Sequence record: PZ019084.1
Reading direction: 5' to 3' (one strand)
DNA length: 64,000 nt
Source: a phage
Part shown: positions 58,355 through 64,000 of the stretch, piece by piece
Position numbering within the stretch: the stretch's first letter is position 1
Layout: every line of letters starts with the position of its first letter
Notes under the pieces: model-generated
What the model saw: the letters and a program-made list of their open reading frames with translations, nothing else
The model's database searches: none
What the model was told of the DNA's origin: nothing
Made by a program: the position numbers and the translations under genes

Positions 58355-58748
58355 TTTTACTAAATATACAGAATAAGATGGAACAGACTATATAAGCACC
58401 ACACACAGATTGAACTAATACCATTCCAAAGAACCAAACAATATTATCAAACAATGTCTGTTTTACGTCGAAAGGACGTAAACTTACAGTAATATTATCA
58501 CCTTTTTCTATTGAAGAATACATCTCTGGGGAAATATATTCACTAAATCTATAACCATCTTTGAGTTCATATACGGCAATAAACGATAAACTAGACCCTT
58601 TTCCTTGTGTTCCTGTAATGGTATTAACTACAGTAACATCATAATCTTTATAATGCATATAATCATTAATTGCGTAATAACCATATGCAACTACTACACA
58701 TAAACAACATATCAATAAATTCAATCTTTTAATTATCAACTGTTTCAT
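58341..58748 (-). CDS. membrane protein
   Basis: 135 aa with N- and C-terminal TM helices. Confidence 0.5.
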   Translation of the reverse strand: MKQLIIKRLNLLICCLCVVVAYGYYAINDYMHYKDYDVTVVNTITGTQGKGSSLSFIAVYELKDGYRFSEYISPEMYSSIEKGDNITVSLRPFDVKQTLFDNIVWFFGMVLVQSVCGAYIVCSILFCIFSKIEIE

Positions 58749-58803
58749 AATAATCTCAATTAAAAGGGCTTAGAACCATTATACCATCCTTGGTATAAAG
58801 CGG

Positions 58804-59331
58804 TTATGCGAGTACCGTCTTTAACCGTTCTTCAAACTTCCGAAGAGTATTTTGGCGTTCAGCTCTTTGCTTTTTGTAAGTTTCAATACGCTCTGAAATG
58901 AGAGTGTATCGTTCATTTACTGATTCTTTCATAAAATCAGGAATTTCACGAGAAGCTTTAATCTCGTCAAATTTATCAATAACAGCTTGCTCTTCAGCAA
59001 TTAAGTTATCATACATTAAAATATCTTTCTTGATGAACTCAATATCTTCTTGAGTTACACGAGATAATTTAGATGCTTTATCCTTTTTGTACTGTTCATT
59101 AGTATCACGAGACCAGTGTAATGTACGATTTTTATTCGTATTTTTGTAAATTTCTACAATACCAATCTCATCAATAATAACGATCCAATTCCAACGGGAT
59201 TTGTAAATTTGTCCTCCATCAACAGTGATTTCACCTCCGATTGAGATGTCGTTAAAGAACTTGCTTTGTGCTTCAGATTTAAATTTACCATCGTTGTAAT
59301 TTACCAAGTTGAAAATATCTTTAGCGTTCAT
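58804..59331 (-). CDS. hypothetical protein
   Basis: 175 aa; start follows early promoter cassette and SD ggagg. Confidence 0.55.
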   Translation of the reverse strand: MNAKDIFNLVNYNDGKFKSEAQSKFFNDISIGGEITVDGGQIYKSRWNWIVIIDEIGIVEIYKNTNKNRTLHWSRDTNEQYKKDKASKLSRVTQEDIEFIKKDILMYDNLIAEEQAVIDKFDEIKASREIPDFMKESVNERYTLISERIETYKKQRAERQNTLRKFEERLKTVLA

Positions 59332-59357
59332 TTTGTGTTCCTCCGTAGTTGATAGTT

Positions 59358-59390
59358 GTATAGTACCACAGAGGAACAGTCTTGTAAACT
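59358..59390 (-). promoter_or_regulatory. T4-type early promoter (repeated cassette)
   Basis: minus strand GTTTAC (plus 59384-59389), 18-nt spacer, TACTAT; about 60 nt nearly identical to 33928-33987. Confidence 0.55.
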
Positions 59391-59391
59391 A

Positions 59392-59706
59392 CTAAAAGAA
59401 ACTTCTTTCACAATTTTTTCCACTGAACCATGCGCTCACTACTTTCTTAGTCTCAGGAGCAGTGTTATCCATAAACCATTCAAAGGCAGCCTTTTTATGA
59501 TTCTGGAGGGCTTCTCGGGCTTTAATCTGCTCGCGGTCTATTAACACTAACATATGAGCCTTTCTTGTCACCATGGGCTTCTTATGATTTTTTGAATACT
59601 CCCAGTCATTTGTCCATCGCATTGTCGTTGCGAACTGAAATACTGCTTCTTTAATTTTAGTTTCGTAAATTTCACGAGCCTTTGAGTATAACATCACTAC
59701 CTCCAT
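59392..59706 (-). CDS. hypothetical protein
   Basis: 104-aa ORF. Confidence 0.5.
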   Translation of the reverse strand: MEVVMLYSKAREIYETKIKEAVFQFATTMRWTNDWEYSKNHKKPMVTRKAHMLVLIDREQIKAREALQNHKKAAFEWFMDNTAPETKKVVSAWFSGKNCERSFF

Positions 59707-59795
59707 TCACCAGTTTAATTCTAGTCATCTTTTTAATGGCAGTCCATATAATCTATTTCTGAACTGCCTTTTTGTCATAGAAGTCCTCTTATGAA

Positions 59796-60764
59796 TTATT
59801 TCAGAAGAGTAACCTCAGCGATTTCTTCCCAACCGTTTTTATCGGTCATAATAAAGTCAGCAAGATAAAGAGCAGTACGCAGTGAAACATTGCGTAAACG
59901 ATTAACATTAACTTTCATCCATGATAATGCTTTATAAGTTTCTTCATCAGAAAGACCGCGCTTTTGCATCATGTCAGTTGAAAGAATAACATCTTCAACC
60001 CTGACCATAATTTCTTCATTAGTGTGAACACCCAAATCCAAATAAACCGAGCGGGACACTAATGCTTGTAAATGTGGAGCAAGTTTAGTACCACGGTCTA
60101 ATTCGCGGTCAATGTCAACGTTTGTGATAAAAACAATCGTTCCTTTAAATTCAAACTCACGGTCAATGCCTTTTTCTTCTAAGTAAGAAGACGCAGTGCT
60201 CCAGCAGACTTTACGGGTCTCTCCAGTGTCCAGAGCGGCTTTTAGAAGATTAAGAATGTCCATATCAGAGAAAACATCCACATCATCAATCAAAAGGACA
60301 GAATTCTCTTCACGATTATTCCAAAGCTGCTCATAAAGACCAATACCAGAGATTTTACCATTAATACTTTTATATTCAATGTATCCAATATCATTTGCTT
60401 TATTTAAAGCTTTATCTAAAGAATACGTTTTACCAATACCTGCTGCGCCAGAGATAATCAATGAACGAATATTTCCGTTAATAATACCATTCGTCATCAT
60501 TCCCATAACATTAAATCTTTTATTAATGCGGGTTTTCATATCTTCATACGATTCTTTAACTTCCTCAACTTTTACACCATCATATGAAATATCTGATTTG
60601 TAAACCCAAACACCGCGACGTTTACCGTCAATTTCAACAAAAACTTTACCATCTCCTTGTGCATCTACCGGAGCATTATCTGGGAACCATTCGCCTAAGA
60701 GCTCAAAAGTTCCAGAGATTTCTTTACCGAAGTAGATACCCTTATTGATAGTTACAGTTTTCAT
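59796..60764 (-). CDS. P-loop NTPase (AAA-like ATPase) of unknown function
   Basis: start set at ATG 60764 (MKTVTINKG...); Walker A GAAGIGKT and Walker B VLLIDDVD; ORF-track form reads through the promoter. Confidence 0.6.
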   Translation of the reverse strand: MKTVTINKGIYFGKEISGTFELLGEWFPDNAPVDAQGDGKVFVEIDGKRRGVWVYKSDISYDGVKVEEVKESYEDMKTRINKRFNVMGMMTNGIINGNIRSLIISGAAGIGKTYSLDKALNKANDIGYIEYKSINGKISGIGLYEQLWNNREENSVLLIDDVDVFSDMDILNLLKAALDTGETRKVCWSTASSYLEEKGIDREFEFKGTIVFITNVDIDRELDRGTKLAPHLQALVSRSVYLDLGVHTNEEIMVRVEDVILSTDMMQKRGLSDEETYKALSWMKVNVNRLRNVSLRTALYLADFIMTDKNGWEEIAEVTLLK

Positions 60765-60796
60765 TTTATTCTCCAAATCCGTATCAGTTGATAGTT

Positions 60797-60829
60797 GTAT
60801 AGTACCATAAAGCTTTATGCTTGTAAACC
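60797..60829 (-). promoter_or_regulatory. T4-type early promoter
   Basis: minus strand GTTTAC (plus 60823-60828), 18-nt spacer, TACTAT; cassette nearly identical to the motA promoter region. Confidence 0.55.
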
Positions 60830-60852
60830 GTTTTGTGAAAAAATTTTGAAAT

Positions 60853-60877
60853 AAAAAAAGGGAGCCCGAAGGCTCCC
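60853..60877 (-). terminator. rho-independent terminator after nucleotidyltransferase gene
   Basis: gggagcccgaaggctccc hairpin 3 nt after stop, followed on the minus strand by a U-run (plus aaaaaaa). Confidence 0.55.
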
Positions 60878-60879
60878 TA

Positions 60880-61893
60880 TCATTTATAATAACTTCGGTG
60901 GTTTTCAAGATAAACCCTCTCAAGGAAGTCATCCCAGAAACCCATGTCTACTTTTTGCTGCATACCGTTCTTAGAAGCTTCAATGGATGCTGCTTCTACT
61001 TGATCGACCACATCTTCCAAAAACTCTTGAACAGTTTTAAATGGATGTTTACCCAGCTTCACGTCGAGAATAAATGGAGCGTCTTGAAGTGGATAGACTA
61101 AGTCACCAGTTTTGTAAATTTCCAATAGTTGGAGTCCACCACGACAAGCATGACTCAGAGCTTTCCAGTCAATGCCCTCATTCGCTTCAGCCTTACGAGC
61201 ACGTTCGCCATATTCAGCATCTAATTTATTCAGTGACTGTTTAAGCTCGATAAGAGAAAGCGTTGTTTGATATTTACGACCCAACACAGTGTAGAACGTT
61301 TGTGGGCCTGTTTTCTCATGATTATGGAATACCCATTCACAGAATTCGTTCTCTGGAAGACGATGCTTAATATCTTCAACTTTAGTTCGACGAAGTCTAT
61401 CAGGGATTCCTTCTTGATAATCAACCCACTGATCGGGGATTTGATTAACTACTTTCAATACATCACGCAATGCGGCCAAACGAGAACCCTTGACGCCGTA
61501 TTTAGAAGCTTGCTTGCGAACATATCCTAAATAGGATTTCATGTTAGTCGTATAAAAACGAGAACGATTGTCTTGAATAAACTTCCATACATCAGGCAAA
61601 TCAGATTTAACTACCAGTTCAGGTGGAGTGTGAAGCATATCCAATGCTACAGTTTCACCATCTGCTGCTAATTTAAAGAAATATTTAAGACTATATAGTT
61701 CATGGTCAATATCATCTTTAGTGTTTTTAGATGATGTATTGTTAGTGTTTTTGCTCATATGCTCTTTAACATTTCCGATAAGAATATCGCGAGCAGGAGG
61801 AACAAAGATTTCTTTAAAATCTACATCAGATTCTGGAGTAGAAGTTCCATAAAGATGACTACCAAAATAGCTTTTCATTACTGTTTTCATCAT
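60880..61893 (-). CDS. pol-beta superfamily nucleotidyltransferase-like protein
   Basis: 337 aa; N-terminal GS-x10-DVD motif (FGSHLYGTSTPESDVDF) and downstream acidic residue (ALDMLH region); helical C-terminal domain. Confidence 0.55.
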   Translation of the reverse strand: MMKTVMKSYFGSHLYGTSTPESDVDFKEIFVPPARDILIGNVKEHMSKNTNNTSSKNTKDDIDHELYSLKYFFKLAADGETVALDMLHTPPELVVKSDLPDVWKFIQDNRSRFYTTNMKSYLGYVRKQASKYGVKGSRLAALRDVLKVVNQIPDQWVDYQEGIPDRLRRTKVEDIKHRLPENEFCEWVFHNHEKTGPQTFYTVLGRKYQTTLSLIELKQSLNKLDAEYGERARKAEANEGIDWKALSHACRGGLQLLEIYKTGDLVYPLQDAPFILDVKLGKHPFKTVQEFLEDVVDQVEAASIEASKNGMQQKVDMGFWDDFLERVYLENHRSYYK

Positions 61894-62351
61894 TCAGCCT
61901 TATATTCAATAACAGGACATACTTTAGCTTTACGCGCTTTTAAAAATTCGACGATAATAGATTTCTTGGGTTGAATAGGAGGTAAACCCTTATACGCCCT
62001 ATCAATATTTTCTACATGTAAAGCATAATCCTTTTTCCATTTATAATCTTTATATTTTTCATGCAGTTGTGCAGGAATAACAAATGAACCAATAATAAGT
62101 AAAACAAGCAAAATGGCAAGTATAAATGCTGATGGAATAAGAGTCCATAAACTACCAAAAATAAGCCATTTCTGTATGATTTCTGCGCAGATAATAGTTA
62201 GACCTGCGAGCATAGTACATCCGAATAAAGAAACGAAAAATGTAGGGATAACAATAGACCAAAAATACGCGCACAGTGTCTTAGGTCGTTTCCATTCGTC
62301 GTTAAACATTTTGAATAATTTATAATGCCAAGAGTTTTCATTAATAATCAT
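61890..62351 (-). CDS. membrane protein (3 predicted TM helices)
   Basis: 153 aa; stop overlaps nucleotidyltransferase start (ATGA). Confidence 0.5.
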   Translation of the reverse strand: MIINENSWHYKLFKMFNDEWKRPKTLCAYFWSIVIPTFFVSLFGCTMLAGLTIICAEIIQKWLIFGSLWTLIPSAFILAILLVLLIIGSFVIPAQLHEKYKDYKWKKDYALHVENIDRAYKGLPPIQPKKSIIVEFLKARKAKVCPVIEYKAE

Positions 62352-62353
62352 AA

Positions 62354-62875
62354 TTATCCTTTCATTGAAGGTGTAACAGTTGTTAAATACTTAATCATAG
62401 CTTCAGCTTCTGATTTTGATAATGAAATTTCTCCACTGTTTTGACGAATAGAAATAAAATCCGGATGACGGTCACCACCAGCTTTTAAAACACACATATA
62501 AGTATCAGTTTCATCTTCAATATCTGAAATGATTGAAGCAGTTCCGCATGAATGCGGTTTTTGATAAATCAATGCAGCTTTTCTTCCACCGTTTGACTGT
62601 TCATAAACTTTTAACACATCAAACAAATCACTTCTTTTATCAATAGCTAAGATGTTGTTTTCATCTTCAATGTTAAATCCTTCGGATACTTCATAAAGTG
62701 TCACCCATAAATCACCTATATCGATAGTAGCATTTACTTTTCCATGGCTTTCAAGAGCATGACAAATTTTCTTGATTTCGTCATAACTCATTTTAATAAT
62801 ATCATCTCCTTGAATAAGGAAGATGTCATTTTTAAATTCAACACGAATTAAACCACTTTCACTTGAAATAAACAT
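62354..62875 (-). CDS. hypothetical protein, tandem paralog 1
   Basis: 173 aa; C-terminal motif SEAEAMIKYLTTVTPSM shared with adjacent ORF. Confidence 0.5.
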   Translation of the reverse strand: MFISSESGLIRVEFKNDIFLIQGDDIIKMSYDEIKKICHALESHGKVNATIDIGDLWVTLYEVSEGFNIEDENNILAIDKRSDLFDVLKVYEQSNGGRKAALIYQKPHSCGTASIISDIEDETDTYMCVLKAGGDRHPDFISIRQNSGEISLSKSEAEAMIKYLTTVTPSMKG

Positions 62876-62881
62876 ATTTCC

Positions 62882-63439
62882 TCACTTTGAAATCATAGTT
62901 GGAATGACAGAATCAAGATAAGTCTTTAGCGCAATAGCTTCGTCTTTGGTAAATGTGACAATATGTGATCGAAAATCGTCAATTTGGCGAATAGTTAAGA
63001 CATCTCCCTCTTCATAACATTTTGATACATTTAAAAGAGTTTCATCATTCTGATTGCAAGCGTTAGTAATAATAGCATTGCAATTTTTGAGCCATTTTAA
63101 ACTATGTTTTCTTTCATTAGAATAATAAAAATATTTAATCTTAGCTATAAAACTATCCCAATGGATAACTGATAAACACATTGACTCACTGTTAATATTA
63201 AATCCTGGGCATGAAGAATAAAAATGAATTTTGTGCTCATCATTGATGCTTACTATTTTATCAGTATAAGGATATTCAATTTGGGTTAAATGAATGATTT
63301 CACTAGGCGTAAAATATAGCATATCGTCTTCTTGCGTCAAACGATACATGTTATTTACTTTTTCTATAGCCAATTCACCAAAAAGTGGACTAACTTCTAA
63401 TACCAATCGTTTCATATTGATTCTCTTCGACTCACTCAC
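62882..63439 (-). CDS. hypothetical protein, tandem paralog 2
   Basis: 185 aa; C-terminal motif DEAIALKTYLDSVIPTM. Confidence 0.5.
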   Translation of the reverse strand: MSESKRINMKRLVLEVSPLFGELAIEKVNNMYRLTQEDDMLYFTPSEIIHLTQIEYPYTDKIVSINDEHKIHFYSSCPGFNINSESMCLSVIHWDSFIAKIKYFYYSNERKHSLKWLKNCNAIITNACNQNDETLLNVSKCYEEGDVLTIRQIDDFRSHIVTFTKDEAIALKTYLDSVIPTMISK

Positions 63440-63572
63440 AATTACATACTCCTTTGAATAGTATCAATAATGTTGTTCACCAGATTATAAGTAAACATTG
63501 GATAATTATATTGAATCATCACATACACAACAAACAAAACTTTCATTCTCTTCTCCTTGGCAGTTGACAAGA

Positions 63573-63605
63573 TTACTATACCATAACCTTGCCAACTTGT
63601 AAACA
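63573..63605 (-). promoter_or_regulatory. T4-type early promoter
   Basis: minus strand GTTTAC (plus 63599-63604), 18-nt spacer, TATAGT. Confidence 0.5.
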
Positions 63606-63606
63606 A

Positions 63607-63780
63607 TTAAATGACGTTTTCAATAAAATTCTGAAGCTTTGTGTGAGCATCAACCATGATTTTCATTTCTTCCTTTGCGAAAGCTGTACCTCTTTCTCGA
63701 GCAGAATACTCATAGTCAGAAACTGCATTAGCATATTCTTCAATTAGCTTCATTAAAAACATCTGCTTTTCAGTTTTCAT
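63607..63780 (-). CDS. hypothetical small protein (~57 aa)
   Basis: hand-translated MKTEKQMFLMKLIEEYANAVSDYEYSAREGTAFAKEEMKIMVDAHTKLQNFIENVI-like ORF overlapping stop of upstream gene. Confidence 0.3.
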   Translation of the reverse strand: MKTEKQMFLMKLIEEYANAVSDYEYSARERGTAFAKEEMKIMVDAHTKLQNFIENVI

Positions 63781-63964
63781 TATTCCACCTAATCATTTCA
63801 AGATATTGAACTAACTTAGCTTTGGATTTATCCAAATCCTTTTTAGCTGCTTCTATACCATCGTACGAATATCCTTCACAGTGCTCAACTGCCAATTGGT
63901 ATGAATCTATTTCAATATCACGTGCTAATTTAATGATTTTTTCAAACTGTTCACGTGTTAGCAT
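63770..63964 (-). CDS. hypothetical protein
   Basis: 64-aa ORF. Confidence 0.45.
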   Translation of the reverse strand: MLTREQFEKIIKLARDIEIDSYQLAVEHCEGYSYDGIEAAKKDLDKSKAKLVQYLEMIRWNNEN

Positions 63965-64000
63965 ACTTAAACTCTCGTATTATGATCGATAATTTCATCA

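Noticed and set aside
59796-60932. 378-aa version of the ATPase ORF, and similar long forms at 33677-34111, 7337-7585 and 7963-8268
   Set aside because: The N-terminal extensions translate straight through promoter and 5'UTR cassette sequence (hence the recurring ...IQLSTDTDLENKM... peptide); true starts are the internal ATGs preceded by SD.
63564-63569. Plus-strand TTGACA hexamer suggesting a rightward sigma70 promoter
   Set aside because: No matching -10 at 17 nt and no downstream plus-strand gene; it lies within the spacer of a minus-strand early promoter.

Overview
This window reads as a T-even (T4-like, Tevenvirinae) phage genome segment running from the end of the tail-fibre module (gp37 C-terminus, gp38 adhesin, holin t) through the early/middle region to the hyperplastic region beyond nrdC. 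The gene order is syntenic with T4: asiA, arn, motA, 52, ndd, denB, rIIB, rIIA, 39, motB, dexA, dda, srd, modA, modB, soc, 56, 61, sp, dmd, 41, uvsX, 42, imm, 43, regA, 62, 44, 45, rpbA, 46, 47, a-gt, 55, nrdG, nrdD, 49, nrdC. Nearly all genes are on the minus strand; the exceptions are 38, t, a free-standing HNH endonuclease gene and one small ORF. All product calls rest on my recall of T4 protein lengths, motifs and gene order, not on database searches. Features that differ from T4 as I remember it: a T2-type glycine-rich gp38, a single fused topoisomerase gene 39 (no separate gene 60), an uninterrupted nrdD, no dam-sized gene between 56 and 61, a 282-aa glycosyltransferase-like gene where T4 has beta-gt, and an HNH endonuclease inserted between 45.2 and 46 behind a TATAAATA late-promoter motif. 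Non-coding structure is dominated by T4-type early promoters (GTTTAC -35, TAnnAT -10, A/T-rich upstream element), including near-identical terminator-promoter-5'UTR cassettes at distant loci, and by GC hairpins with CGAA/GCAA/UUCG loops after stop codons. The most likely place for an undescribed system is the accessory region at 54.3-63.5 kb: four tandem diverged paralogs with coiled-coil C-termini, a P-loop ATPase, a pol-beta-type nucleotidyltransferase coupled to a small membrane protein, and a tandem paralog pair. No tRNA, rRNA or CRISPR array was seen. Coordinates of non-ORF features were counted by hand and may be off by 1-2 nt.
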